A DNA stretch of 64,000 bases from contig CAIOGM010000122.1 of assembly GCA_903857795.1 (NCBI GenBank), forward strand, positions 846 to 64,845. The letters run 5' to 3'. Source of the DNA: an uncultured Geobacter sp. GTDB taxonomy: Bacteria > Desulfobacterota > Desulfuromonadia > Geobacterales > CAIOGM01. Positions 38,169-47,701 of this stretch are shown here, one piece after another. How positions within the stretch are numbered: position 1 is the stretch's first letter; every line of letters starts with the position of its first letter. The notes under the pieces are model-generated. The model was given only the letters and a program-made list of their open reading frames with translations. It did not search any database and was not told the DNA's origin. The position numbers and the translations under genes were made by a program.

Positions 38169-39487
38169 CAATGAAGCAGAAGGCGCCCGATGCGGTTAAG
38201 GTGCTCTGTGTGGATGATGAGGAGTACATCCTCAACTCCCTCAAGCGTCTGTTCATCGATGAGGAGTTTGAGGTCATCACCGCCCTCTCCGGGCAGGCGG
38301 GACTTGCCCTGCTGGCCGACACCAACAATGTGGGGGTGATCATCTCCGACCAGCGGATGCCGGGGATGCTCGGCGCGGAGTTTCTCCACGCCTGCCGTAC
38401 CGTGGCCCCCGATGCCGCCAGGATCCTGCTGACCGGCTATTCCGACCTCACCTCCACCATCGACGCCATCAATAACGGCGGGTTGTCACGCTATCTGGGC
38501 AAACCATGGAACGATGAAGAGCTGCTCATGGTGGTGCGGGACGCCCTGCAACAGTACACGCTGATCATCGAGAACCGCCGTCTGAACGGCGTGGTACAGC
38601 AGCAGAACGAGGAGTTGCAGGAGTGGAACAAGAATCTCAAAGGGCGGGTTCTGGCGCAGACCATCACCCTGCGCCAGAAAAACGAAGAGCTCTACCTCAC
38701 CCTGCAGCGGATCAAGCAGAGCTATGAATCCATGATTGTGGCGCTGGCGGGGCTGGTCAAGCTGCGCGAACAGAGCCTCTTTCAGCATGCCTGCAACGTG
38801 GCGGATCTCTCCCGCAGCGTCGCCATAAAAGCCGGCATCACCCCCTATGGTGTGGAGAACATCAGGGTAGCCGCGCTCCTGCACGATCTGGGGAAACTCG
38901 GCATTCCCGAACGGATCCTCCATCTGACCCCTGAACAGCTGAACCCTGAGGAGCTGCGCGTCTACCAGACCCACGCCATCCGGGGGCAGATGGCGCTCCA
39001 TATGATCGAAGAGTTGCGGCCGGCCGGAATTCTCATCCGCCACCACCACGAGCATTTCGACGGCAGCGGTTTCCCCGACCGGCTTGGCGGCAGCGATATC
39101 CCCCTGGGGGCGCGGATCATCGCCTTCGCCGATTTCATCGACAACACGTTTACAGGACAGACAGCCACCACCCTGGAGCTCGCCCTGGATCAGGCCGAGG
39201 AGCTCGGCGGCAGCCGGCTCGACCCCCAACTCCAGAGACTCTTCGAGCGGGTCGCCGCCAACCTGTACGGTCTTGAGACCGACCGCTTCACCGGAACCGT
39301 TACCGAACGGGAGATCTCACCCTTCGAGCTGCAGAGCGGCATGACCCTGAGCAGACACATCTATACCGGCTCGGGGGTTCTGCTCCTGAGACAGGGAACG
39401 GTTCTGGATGATTTCAAACGGGAGGCGATCCAGCGCTTTTACACGTTCGACCCCACAAACCAGGGGGTCTTCGTCATGCTGAGGTAG
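38165..39487 (+). CDS. Response regulator with HD-GYP-like domain
   Basis: VDDE, SDQRMP, LTG, KPW; LHDLGK, HHHEHFDGSGFP, ARIIAFAD. Confidence 0.9.
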   Translation: MTMKQKAPDAVKVLCVDDEEYILNSLKRLFIDEEFEVITALSGQAGLALLADTNNVGVIISDQRMPGMLGAEFLHACRTVAPDAARILLTGYSDLTSTIDAINNGGLSRYLGKPWNDEELLMVVRDALQQYTLIIENRRLNGVVQQQNEELQEWNKNLKGRVLAQTITLRQKNEELYLTLQRIKQSYESMIVALAGLVKLREQSLFQHACNVADLSRSVAIKAGITPYGVENIRVAALLHDLGKLGIPERILHLTPEQLNPEELRVYQTHAIRGQMALHMIEELRPAGILIRHHHEHFDGSGFPDRLGGSDIPLGARIIAFADFIDNTFTGQTATTLELALDQAEELGGSRLDPQLQRLFERVAANLYGLETDRFTGTVTEREISPFELQSGMTLSRHIYTGSGVLLLRQGTVLDDFKREAIQRFYTFDPTNQGVFVMLR

Positions 39488-39508
39488 GGAGAGAGGCGAT
39501 TTATCCTA

Positions 39509-39680
39509 AACCGGACAAGCCGGAACCAAATAGGAAAGTCTTAAGCTGGATAAGCGAGAACCAAATAGGACGCGGATAAACGCTGATGAACGCGGATCTA
39601 AAACATAAAAACCTAAAAAAATAGCAGCAAGCGAGTGGCCTCAGAGTGTATAAAGAGGGTTGATCCGCGTCCATCCGCGT
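39509..39680. repeat. Tandem imperfect repeat plus inverted 9-nt-period tracts
   Basis: GAACCAAATAGGA twice (units 39509-39535 and 39543-39570); ACGCGGATAAACGCTGATGAACGCGGATC ... GATCCGCGTCCATCCGCGT. Confidence 0.65.
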
Positions 39681-39741
39681 ACAACGGTCTTGAATTTTGA
39701 AGTTTGCTCAGTTTTTGTAAAGAGTGAAGTTGTAAGTGACT

Positions 39742-39902
39742 AATCTGCGGCAAACAGAATCTCCCTCCCTTTCAAGCCTGCCCTGAGCTCTGTCGAAGGG
39801 GGGAGGGCTGGGGTGGGGATGGGGTAAGAACAGTCGCTCGACAACCCCATCCCCCTCCTGACCTCCCCCTTGAAGGGGGAGGAACGATTAATGCCGCAGA
39901 TT
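39742..39902. repeat. Palindromic element with 11-bp terminal inverted repeat and G/C-tract arms
   Basis: AATCTGCGGCA / TGCCGCAGATT ends; arms match the 29819-29905 family. Confidence 0.75.
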
Positions 39903-39953
39903 GATAGCATTAAGGTGATTCGCACCAATAAAGATTCCATGCTAACCAACAGT

Positions 39954-40478
39954 TCAGGCGCAGGCGAGGGTGAGCCCTACTTCGGACAGGAGCGAAGAAA
40001 ACATACTGACCGGAACCGGACGGCTCACCGTCCGGGCGCTCTTCTCGGCGACCGGAGTGGCCTCGGGAAAGAGGGGGTGCCGGGTCGCCGCCTGGACCGC
40101 CTCCAGCACGACCTGTTTCGCGATCATCCTCGTGGGGTTGATGACGATGGGTCCCTGCAGATTCATCGTGATCTGGCGGGGGTCACGAGCCATGGTTACC
40201 ACCGAGAGAAGGACGATCTCGTCATCAGCCGACAGTTGCAGCCGGTCGTATTCGTCCTGGGTCAGCTTTACCCGATACTCCGGGACAAACAGGGTCGGAT
40301 CGACCACCACGAAGGCCAGTTCAGGATTCTCCACGGCCTGGAGCCAGCAGAAGGGGCCCTTTTCCGGGTTGAGAAACATGAACCGGTTCTCCCTGAATCC
40401 GACCATTCCGTCAGGCATCTGGATGACCTTCTCCTCATCGATTTCCAATTCGCCGAAACGTGCCGTCTTGATTTTCAC
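39954..40478 (-). CDS. fliW: Flagellar assembly factor FliW
   Basis: TARFG, GMVGF, WLQAV..PELAFVVVDP, TMNLQGPIVIN. Confidence 0.95.
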   Translation of the reverse strand: MKIKTARFGELEIDEEKVIQMPDGMVGFRENRFMFLNPEKGPFCWLQAVENPELAFVVVDPTLFVPEYRVKLTQDEYDRLQLSADDEIVLLSVVTMARDPRQITMNLQGPIVINPTRMIAKQVVLEAVQAATRHPLFPEATPVAEKSARTVSRPVPVSMFSSLLSEVGLTLACA

Positions 40479-40723
40479 AGTCGTGACTCCTTCTTCTGGT
40501 CGGTGAACAGATTCACCGCGGTTTGAAAATCGGCCAGATCCCAGGTTGCAGCCAACCGGTTCTGCTCCTGTACCTTCAGGTAAATTTCTTCCCGGTAGAT
40601 CCTGAAGTCCGCCGGCGCATCGATCCCGATCCGGATCGAATTCCCCTTTACCTCCACAACCCTGATCTTAATCTGGTCCCCGATGGCGATGGATTCGCCA
40701 ACCTTCCTGGTCAATACCAACAT
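40475..40723 (-). CDS. csrA: Carbon storage regulator CsrA
   Basis: MLVLTRKVGESIAIGD...RIGIDAP...IYREEI. Confidence 0.97.
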   Translation of the reverse strand: MLVLTRKVGESIAIGDQIKIRVVEVKGNSIRIGIDAPADFRIYREEIYLKVQEQNRLAATWDLADFQTAVNLFTDQKKESRL

Positions 40724-40779
40724 CGTTTCGCCCTCCGTGGCATGGAATCATCCGGTACTGGACGCCCTGACGGCGCCCG

Positions 40780-41664
40780 CTATTTGAGATAGTTGAGCAG
40801 CGACAGCTGTGAAATCTTGGCGGTGGTGGAGAGGGCCGCCTGATAGGCTGTCTGCTGATTGGCAAGTTCGCTGTACACTTTCACCACATCGATATTCTGA
40901 GTATCCGAGAGAGACTTGCTGATGTTGATGTTGGCGCTGTCCCGGTCCGCGGTGACATTATCCAGCCGATTCATGCGTGAACCGGCATCCGAGCGGGCGG
41001 AGGTGATCTGCGTCAGCGACGTATCCAGGGTGTTGAGGGTCGCCTCGACCCCGCTCTGACTGTTGGTGGAGAGCGCGGTGGAGAGTTTCTGCAGCTCGGC
41101 GAAGATATCGATCCCCCCCCCTGTCCCCTTCAGCAGCTTCCCCCCCGAGTAGTTGATGGCGACATTTGTATTGTCCCCCACATTGATGGAGACGGCGTCC
41201 TCGGTGCCGGTAAAGGCGCCGGTGGTGCTGAAGGGAGGGGCGTCGTCCTTGAACCCGCCGAAGATGTATTTACCCCCCACCTGCGTATTGCCTAACTGCA
41301 CCATCTGGGCCGTCAACTGCGTCACTTCGTTCACGGCGCCGGCCCGGTCACTGGCGTTGTAGGTGCCGTTGGCCATCTCCATGGCGATCTCATGAGCCCT
41401 GGTCACCACATCTCCCATGGAGGACATGGCGTTGTCCGTCTGCCCCAGCCAGGCGGTACCGGTGACACTGTTGCGGGCGTACTGATCGTTATCCTTGAGC
41501 GTCCCCTTCAGCTGGAGCGTCTTTACCGCGCCGGCCGGGTCGTCCCCCGGGGCGTTGATCTTCAGCCCCGACGATGCCTGTTGGGAGAGCTTCGTGAGCC
41601 GCTCCAGGTTGCTCTGCAGGGTGGCCAGGCTGTTGTTGGCGATACTCTTGTCGGTGACCCTCAT
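40780..41664 (-). CDS. flgL: Hook-associated protein FlgL
   Basis: MRVT, SSG.KI..PGDDP, GKYIFGG, YQAAL, SLLNYL. Confidence 0.95.
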   Translation of the reverse strand: MRVTDKSIANNSLATLQSNLERLTKLSQQASSGLKINAPGDDPAGAVKTLQLKGTLKDNDQYARNSVTGTAWLGQTDNAMSSMGDVVTRAHEIAMEMANGTYNASDRAGAVNEVTQLTAQMVQLGNTQVGGKYIFGGFKDDAPPFSTTGAFTGTEDAVSINVGDNTNVAINYSGGKLLKGTGGGIDIFAELQKLSTALSTNSQSGVEATLNTLDTSLTQITSARSDAGSRMNRLDNVTADRDSANINISKSLSDTQNIDVVKVYSELANQQTAYQAALSTTAKISQLSLLNYLK

Positions 41665-41675
41665 GATCTGTCTCC

Positions 41676-43115
41676 TTAACGCACCATGCCGAGCACGGTA
41701 TCGATCATATCCGACGCCGTGGTAATCAGCTTGGCGGCGCCTTCATAGGCCTTCTGATAGGAGAGGAGTTTCATCAACTCCTCGTCCAGCGCCACGCCGA
41801 GAGTCGACTCTCTCAGGTTGTCCAGCTGGGTGAGCATGGAACTGCTCTGGGACACCGCCTGGGTATTGTTCTGCACCGTGACCCCGACCTTCCCCACCAG
41901 GGAGTTGTAGAGCCCCGGCAACGTGGTCTGCGAACCGGAGACGGTGATGGCCTTGGTCTGCAGAGCGGCCAGGGAGAGGGCATTCACGTTATTACCGGTG
42001 GCGCCGGGGAGCGATGCCGCGGCAAGATCGTTGGTGGAGGTGATGCTGACCCCCATGATGGAGCTGTAGCCCGAGGTATAGGTTGCCGGCGGAGTCGGGG
42101 AAGCGGGGGGGGTAAAGAGATTCAACCCGGTGCCGCCGGTGAGACCGTACCCCGACGAGTGGACGCTGTTCACCTCGGTCGCCAGATTGTAGGCCGCCTC
42201 GTCCAGGCTCCCCAGGAATCCCGGTATGATCTGATCCCTCACCTGTAGCGTCCCCCCCAGGGTCCCGGACTTGGTGTCGGCCGCGATGAGGGAGGTGACA
42301 TCGGTGCCCGGATCGGTGCTGCTGCTCTTCAGGAGGATGGATGAGGCGTTGGGAGTCACCCCGCCGGTGGTGAGGATGGAGGAGGTGACGCCGCTCACCA
42401 GGGTCGGCCCCCCGGAACTGCTCCCCAGGGTCACCGTCACGGTGCCGTCACTCTGTTCCTGAGTGGAGATGCCGACCTTCTGGGAGATACTCTTCAGCAG
42501 CAGATCGCGGCTGTCGCGCAGCTGGTTGGCGCTCCCCCCCCCGGTCTCGATGGATTTGATCTGGGCGTTGTAGTCGGCAATCTGCTTGAGATTGGTGGTG
42601 ATGCCGGTGGTAAGAGACGGCAGGGAGTTGTTGGCCTGGAGCAGCTGATCGTTCAGCCCCGTGCTGATCCGGTGAAAATTGTCGACCACACTCTGGCTCT
42701 TGTCCAGCACCGCCTGCCGTTCGGTGGTCCCCTGGGGGTTCACGGAGAGGTCCTGCCAGGCGGTGAAAAACTCCTGGAGGGACGAGGAGAGGCCGGTGTT
42801 GGCGGTCTCATTGAACAGCGGTTCTACCGTGGCCAGGGCGCTCTGCAGGGCGCTCTGGTTGCCGTTGAAGCCGCTCTCACCCAGGATCTGGGTCTGCAGG
42901 TAGTTGTCCTGAGCCCGTTGCACCGAAGCGACATTGACCCCGTTCCCCGTGAAGAAGCGGGGATCGATGGTTCCGGCGCTTGATTCCAGGTTGACGCTCT
43001 GTCGCGAATAGCCGGGGGTATTGACGTTGGAGATGTTCTGCCCCGTCACGTCAATGGCGGTCTTTTGGGCCATCAGAGCCTTGCTGCCGATATCGAGAAT
43101 GGTAGAAATGCTCAT
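41676..43115 (-). CDS. flgK: Hook-associated protein FlgK
   Basis: QNISNVNTPGYSRQ, GVALDEE..LL.YQKAY. Confidence 0.95.
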   Translation of the reverse strand: MSISTILDIGSKALMAQKTAIDVTGQNISNVNTPGYSRQSVNLESSAGTIDPRFFTGNGVNVASVQRAQDNYLQTQILGESGFNGNQSALQSALATVEPLFNETANTGLSSSLQEFFTAWQDLSVNPQGTTERQAVLDKSQSVVDNFHRISTGLNDQLLQANNSLPSLTTGITTNLKQIADYNAQIKSIETGGGSANQLRDSRDLLLKSISQKVGISTQEQSDGTVTVTLGSSSGGPTLVSGVTSSILTTGGVTPNASSILLKSSSTDPGTDVTSLIAADTKSGTLGGTLQVRDQIIPGFLGSLDEAAYNLATEVNSVHSSGYGLTGGTGLNLFTPPASPTPPATYTSGYSSIMGVSITSTNDLAAASLPGATGNNVNALSLAALQTKAITVSGSQTTLPGLYNSLVGKVGVTVQNNTQAVSQSSSMLTQLDNLRESTLGVALDEELMKLLSYQKAYEGAAKLITTASDMIDTVLGMVR

Positions 43116-43613
43116 CTAGATCTCCCGACTGAGAAAACTCATTCCCATGGAACCGGCGGCGAGACGTCCTCGGGCGCCATACACATCGCCCCCCCCCAGG
43201 AGGCCTCCGATGAGCGACAGGGAGCGCTGGATCAATGCCAGTGAACGGGAGAGGAGCCTCCGGTTCAGCTCCTGCTGCCGCCCCAGAGAGCCGGCCAGGA
43301 GCAGCAGCCGCCGTTGCAGCGGCACGAGCCTCTCCTTCTCGGAGTCAGAGGCGGAACCGATCAGGAGAGAGAGGGTGATCTCCTTGTCTATCCCCCGCTC
43401 GGCGCCGAGCGACTCCATGAGCCGATGGCACTCTTCGGTCAGCCGCGCAAGCCGGGAGGTGACCTCTCCCTTGCACCGGTTGGACTCTTCCATGGAGACG
43501 GAGTTCATGTCGATGATCCGGCTCTGCTCCTCTTCCAGGGAGCAGGACAGCTCTTCCATGAGGCGCTCCTTGGACTCAAGCAGCGCCAATAACCTGACCA
43601 TATTATCTGACAT
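43116..43613 (-). CDS. flgN: Flagellar export chaperone FlgN
   Basis: Between flgM and flgK; helical, LEEEQ, LNRRL, YGARG. Confidence 0.8.
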   Translation of the reverse strand: MSDNMVRLLALLESKERLMEELSCSLEEEQSRIIDMNSVSMEESNRCKGEVTSRLARLTEECHRLMESLGAERGIDKEITLSLLIGSASDSEKERLVPLQRRLLLLAGSLGRQQELNRRLLSRSLALIQRSLSLIGGLLGGGDVYGARGRLAAGSMGMSFLSREI

Positions 43614-43911
43614 TGAACGCTCTCCAGTTATCCAGCATCTTTCCGGCGACTGCCTCGGAAGCCACCTGGTATGAACCGTCGGAGAGCTGCTGCCTGATCT
43701 GGGAGACCTTCTCGCCGGAAGAGTCCGGCGGCTGCGGCATCAGCGTCTTCAATTTTTCCACCTTCTCCCTGCTCCGCGATAGATTGACCCGGTCGGCGCC
43801 GGAAGCAGCCGCGCCGGTGGTGGTGTTGGAAGAGGAGTCCCCCTTCTTGGCGATGCTTTCGGCGGTGGACTGCACCAGCGGCGGGAGGAGCTGATTATTT
43901 GTTATTTTCAT
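43603..43911 (-). CDS. flgM: Anti-sigma28 factor FlgM
   Basis: DRVNLS, EKVSQIRQQL.DGSYQV...VAGKML. Confidence 0.9.
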   Translation of the reverse strand: MKITNNQLLPPLVQSTAESIAKKGDSSSNTTTGAAASGADRVNLSRSREKVEKLKTLMPQPPDSSGEKVSQIRQQLSDGSYQVASEAVAGKMLDNWRAFNVR

Positions 43912-44311
43912 GGGTAACTCCGGTTAGCTCGCTGGGGTATCGGCCGTCATTTCCGGCGCCGCTCCGGCTCGCGCGGCTGCTTGCCACATGAGGAGCGAGC
44001 TGCTTGTCCAGCATCGTTGACATCCCTATTCCGCCATGCTCGGTGATGATCCGTGCGTACTCCTGATCCAGCATGGAGTGAAACATCTCTTCGCCTTGGC
44101 CACCGCCGGTGATCGAATCCTTCCCCACCGTGTCCCTCATGGATTTGAGCATCATGCCGACAAACAGCCCCTCAAACTCCCGGGCCACCTTCTTGGCCGC
44201 CAGCTCATCCTTGCTACGGGGCGCCGGAGCGCCGGATTTCACCACGCTGTCCGCCTTGAGGGACCCGGCGGCGTACTGCAGACTCTCCATGCTCCCGCTC
44301 TTGAGTTCCAT
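43895..44311 (-). CDS. flgJ: FlgJ rod-binding domain protein (no muramidase domain)
   Basis: REFEGLFV.MMLKSMR, MFHSMLDQEY, GIGM. Confidence 0.85.
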   Translation of the reverse strand: MELKSGSMESLQYAAGSLKADSVVKSGAPAPRSKDELAAKKVAREFEGLFVGMMLKSMRDTVGKDSITGGGQGEEMFHSMLDQEYARIITEHGGIGMSTMLDKQLAPHVASSRASRSGAGNDGRYPSELTGVTHENNK

Positions 44312-44326
44312 ACCTATTACTCTCTC

Positions 44327-44353
44327 CTATCGACAGCTTAGGGCAAAACTTTA
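44327..44353 (-). promoter_or_regulatory. Sigma28 promoter for flgJMNKL-csrA-fliW
   Basis: TAAA-N15-GTCGATAG. Confidence 0.75.
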
Positions 44354-44358
44354 AGGAG

Positions 44359-45459
44359 TTAGATGATCACCAGCTCGGCGTTGAGCGCGCCGGAGGCCTT
44401 GATGGCCTGCATGATGCCGATCAGGTCGCGGGGGGTTACTCCCAGGGAGTTGAGCGCTCTCACCACCTCCCCGATATTGGCCCCGGCCTCCACCACCGCC
44501 AGACGCGCCCCATCGGCGTTGTCGTTGACCTTAATCGAAGTCCGCGGCACGACCTGGGTGCTCCCTGTATTGCTGAAGGGGGTCGGCTGGGAAACTTCGG
44601 GGGTCTCCTTGATGTACAGAGTCAGGTTGCCGTGGGAGATCGCCACCGTTGAGATTCGCACCTTGTCCCCGATGACGATGGTTCCGGTCCGCTCGTTCAG
44701 CACCACCTTGGCCGGATTGTCCGGTGTCACCTCCAACCGCTCCAGGTCGGCCACGAACTCCACCGTCCGCCCCTTGTAGTCGGGAGGGATGACAAGGAGC
44801 ACCGACCCCGGATCGATGTTTGAGGCAAGAACCGTCTTGAATTTGTCGTTTATCGCCTTGGATATTCTGTTGGCGGTGGTGAAGTCCGGCTGGTGGAGAT
44901 TGAGCTTGAGGGTGCTCCGGTCGACGAGAACATTGGGGATTTCCCGCTCCACCAGCCCTCCGCCGGGGACTCGTCCCGCGGTGGGGTGATTCTTCTGGGC
45001 GGAAGCGGCCTGGCCGCCGTAGGAGAAGGCGTTGGTAGAGACCGCCCCCTGAGCCACCGCATAGACCTGGCCATCCCCCCCCTTCAGGGGAGAGAGGAGG
45101 AGCGTCCCCCCCGAGAGAGATGTGGCGTCACCAAGGGAGGAGACCAGCACGTCCATGGTCGCCCCCTGCTTGGCGAAGGGGGCGAGCACTGCGGTCACCA
45201 TGACCGCCGCCAGGTTCTTGACCTTGATATCGACCCGGTTGACCGTCACCCCCATCCGCTCCAGCACGTTGACCAGCGACTGCACCGGGAACTTGGTCTG
45301 GTCGCTGTCACCGCTCCCGTTGAGTCCCACCACGAGCCCATAGCCGACCAGCTGATTGTCACGGACCCCGTCGAAACTGGCGATATCCTTGATCCGGATC
45401 GCCAGGGCCGGTTGGGCCATGAAGCCAAGGAGAAGCATGCTCAGAAGAAACCGTTTCAT
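44359..45459 (-). CDS. flgI: P-ring protein FlgI
   Basis: Signal peptide, RIKDI..GVRDNQLVGYGLVVGL.GSGD, NERTGT. Confidence 0.97.
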   Translation of the reverse strand: MKRFLLSMLLLGFMAQPALAIRIKDIASFDGVRDNQLVGYGLVVGLNGSGDSDQTKFPVQSLVNVLERMGVTVNRVDIKVKNLAAVMVTAVLAPFAKQGATMDVLVSSLGDATSLSGGTLLLSPLKGGDGQVYAVAQGAVSTNAFSYGGQAASAQKNHPTAGRVPGGGLVEREIPNVLVDRSTLKLNLHQPDFTTANRISKAINDKFKTVLASNIDPGSVLLVIPPDYKGRTVEFVADLERLEVTPDNPAKVVLNERTGTIVIGDKVRISTVAISHGNLTLYIKETPEVSQPTPFSNTGSTQVVPRTSIKVNDNADGARLAVVEAGANIGEVVRALNSLGVTPRDLIGIMQAIKASGALNAELVII

Positions 45460-45479
45460 AAGATACCCACCACTGCCGG

Positions 45480-46154
45480 TCAGAACGGCCATGCGTAATC
45501 AAGGATGTTCATGAGCCACCCCGGCCGCTGCCGGTCACTGATTACCCCTTTACCGCTGTAGGTGATCCGCGCATCGGCCAACTGTGCGGAGTTTATCAGA
45601 TTCTCAGGCGTGATATCCCGGGGGCGGACGGTCCCCTCCAGGACGATGGTCTGGTCCTCATTGTTGACCATGACGTGGCGCCGCCCCTCGATGAGCAGAT
45701 TGCCGTTGGCGAGGACATCGATGACCCGGGCCGTAATGGTGGCGGTGAGGGCGTCCTTGCGGGTGGTCGAGCCTGAACCTGCGTATTTCGAGTCGATGGA
45801 GGCGGCCGCGAGCTTGGTCAGATCCATCCCGTTGAGACCGGCCAGCTTGGACTCCATCCCCAGCAGATTGGGAATTCCGGCCGCGATGGACGCGGCCCGA
45901 CCGGTATCGGTGGTGGCGGCCTTGCTGGCGCTGGTCTGCTCGGAGATCACCACGGTGAGGGTATCTCCGATCCGGCGCGCCTTCATGTCATCCACCAAGC
46001 CGGGCGTGGTGGACTGCCAGAGCGAGCCGTTGGCGTAGCTCACCGGAGGCTTGTCCAGGTGCTGTTCCCGGGCGGGAAAGGTGCTCTCCGGCGGTGGGTG
46101 GACGCAGCCGGCGACAAGGAGGAGTAACAGCGAGGCTAAACAGTAGCGTTTCAT
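45480..46154 (-). CDS. flgH: L-ring lipoprotein FlgH
   Basis: Lipobox VAGC, KARRIGD, NGNLLIEG, VRPRDI, ADARITY.G. Confidence 0.95.
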   Translation of the reverse strand: MKRYCLASLLLLLVAGCVHPPPESTFPAREQHLDKPPVSYANGSLWQSTTPGLVDDMKARRIGDTLTVVISEQTSASKAATTDTGRAASIAAGIPNLLGMESKLAGLNGMDLTKLAAASIDSKYAGSGSTTRKDALTATITARVIDVLANGNLLIEGRRHVMVNNEDQTIVLEGTVRPRDITPENLINSAQLADARITYSGKGVISDRQRPGWLMNILDYAWPF

Positions 46155-46155
46155 A

Positions 46156-46875
46156 TCAGAACTCCACCCGTACCTGGCCTTCACCGATCACCACGGCCTG
46201 AATATCCTTCTGCGCGTTGGGATTCTGCACCATTATCTGGTCCCCTTCGGCGCCGTTTCCCCGGGCCCTGCCGGTGGCGGTGATCTTGAATGCGCTGTTT
46301 TCGGCGATGATGGTGACCATCTGGCCGCTCCTGACCAGCGGCGGTTTCTCCAGGTAATCGGCGCGCAGCGAGGAGTTGACCCGCATCCCCACCTTGACCC
46401 GCTTGCCGATGACCTCGTCGATGCCGCGGCAGACCCGGTTGGGCGCCGTCGCCAGATCCCGCTTCTGCAGAGTCACGTCACCGGAGGTGAGCAGCATGCC
46501 AAACTCCAGCTGTCGGGTGGCTACCACCACGTTGGCCAGCGCCTCCACCTCCACATTGAGCGTGAGATTTTTCTCCACCCGGTCATTGACCCTGACGATG
46601 AGCGCCAGAGACTTTCGCCCCCACCCTTCCCACTCCTGGGGCGCAACCACCTCATAGCTGACCTCACCGGGAGGGAGCAGGCTCTCGCCCGAATAGCCGA
46701 GACTCTTCAGCCGGATCGTCACCTCCTGATTTTCGCTTCGTTGGACCAGGTAGTCGGTAACCACACGGCGGACCACGGCCTCCGTCATGAGCGTCCCCTT
46801 GGCGCCCCATGACGTGACAGCCGTCAGGAGAACCATGAGCAGCGCCGGCGTCAGTAGTTTCAAGATTCGTTTCAT
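46156..46875 (-). CDS. flgA: P-ring chaperone FlgA
   Basis: SAF domain, LVRSGQMV, GRA...G.EGDQI.VQN. Confidence 0.9.
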   Translation of the reverse strand: MKRILKLLTPALLMVLLTAVTSWGAKGTLMTEAVVRRVVTDYLVQRSENQEVTIRLKSLGYSGESLLPPGEVSYEVVAPQEWEGWGRKSLALIVRVNDRVEKNLTLNVEVEALANVVVATRQLEFGMLLTSGDVTLQKRDLATAPNRVCRGIDEVIGKRVKVGMRVNSSLRADYLEKPPLVRSGQMVTIIAENSAFKITATGRARGNGAEGDQIMVQNPNAQKDIQAVVIGEGQVRVEF

Positions 46876-46899
46876 ACTCCGCTCCCGCGTCACAGCAGC

Positions 46900-47685
46900 T
46901 TACCGTTTGAGTTCGTTGGCCTTCTGAAGCATCTCGTCGGAAGCCTGGATCGCCTTGGAGTTGGTCTCGTAGGCCCGCTGGCTGACGATCATGTTGACCA
47001 TCTCTTCCATGACGCTCACGTTGCTCATTTCCAGGATCCCCTGGGCGGTGGTGCCGACTCCGTTCTGTCCCGGAGTTCCATTGGTGGCCGCACCCGACGA
47101 GTCGGTGGGCTGATAGAGGTTGTGCCCCATGCTGGAGAGCCCCGAGGGGTTGGAGAACATGGCCAGCTGGATATTGCCGACGGTGGTGGCGGCCGTTGTC
47201 CCGGCCTGAAGCACCGAGACGGTGCCGTCGTTGCCGATGTTCACCTTGGTGGCGTTGTTGGGAATGGTGATGGACGGCACGAGGGGATAGCCGTCTGAGT
47301 TGACGATCCGTCCCTGATTGTCCTTCTTGAAGGCGCCTGCCCGACTGTAGCCGGTGGTTCCATCGGGGAGCTGGATCTGAAAGAAACCATCCCCCTCGAC
47401 GGCGATATCCAGCTCATTGCCGGTCTGGGAGAAATTGCCGGCGGTGAAAAGCTTGGTTACGGCGGCGGCCTTGGTCCCGAGTCCCACCTGAATCCCCACC
47501 GTCTGCGTCGTGGCGGTGGACGGTGCGCCGGTGGCCTTGAGGTTCTGATACATGAGGTCCTGGAAATCGGCCCGGCTCTTCTTGAAACCGGCGGTGTTCA
47601 CGTTGGCCAGGTTGTTGGCGATCACATCCATATTGAGTTGCTGCGCCTGCATGCCGGAAGCGGCGGTCCAGAGTGCGCGTATCAT
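46900..47685 (-). CDS. flgG: Distal rod protein FlgG
   Basis: [36 protein letters not shown]. Confidence 0.97.
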   Translation of the reverse strand: MIRALWTAASGMQAQQLNMDVIANNLANVNTAGFKKSRADFQDLMYQNLKATGAPSTATTQTVGIQVGLGTKAAAVTKLFTAGNFSQTGNELDIAVEGDGFFQIQLPDGTTGYSRAGAFKKDNQGRIVNSDGYPLVPSITIPNNATKVNIGNDGTVSVLQAGTTAATTVGNIQLAMFSNPSGLSSMGHNLYQPTDSSGAATNGTPGQNGVGTTAQGILEMSNVSVMEEMVNMIVSQRAYETNSKAIQASDEMLQKANELKR

Positions 47686-47701
47686 GACAATCCTCCTGTT
47701 G

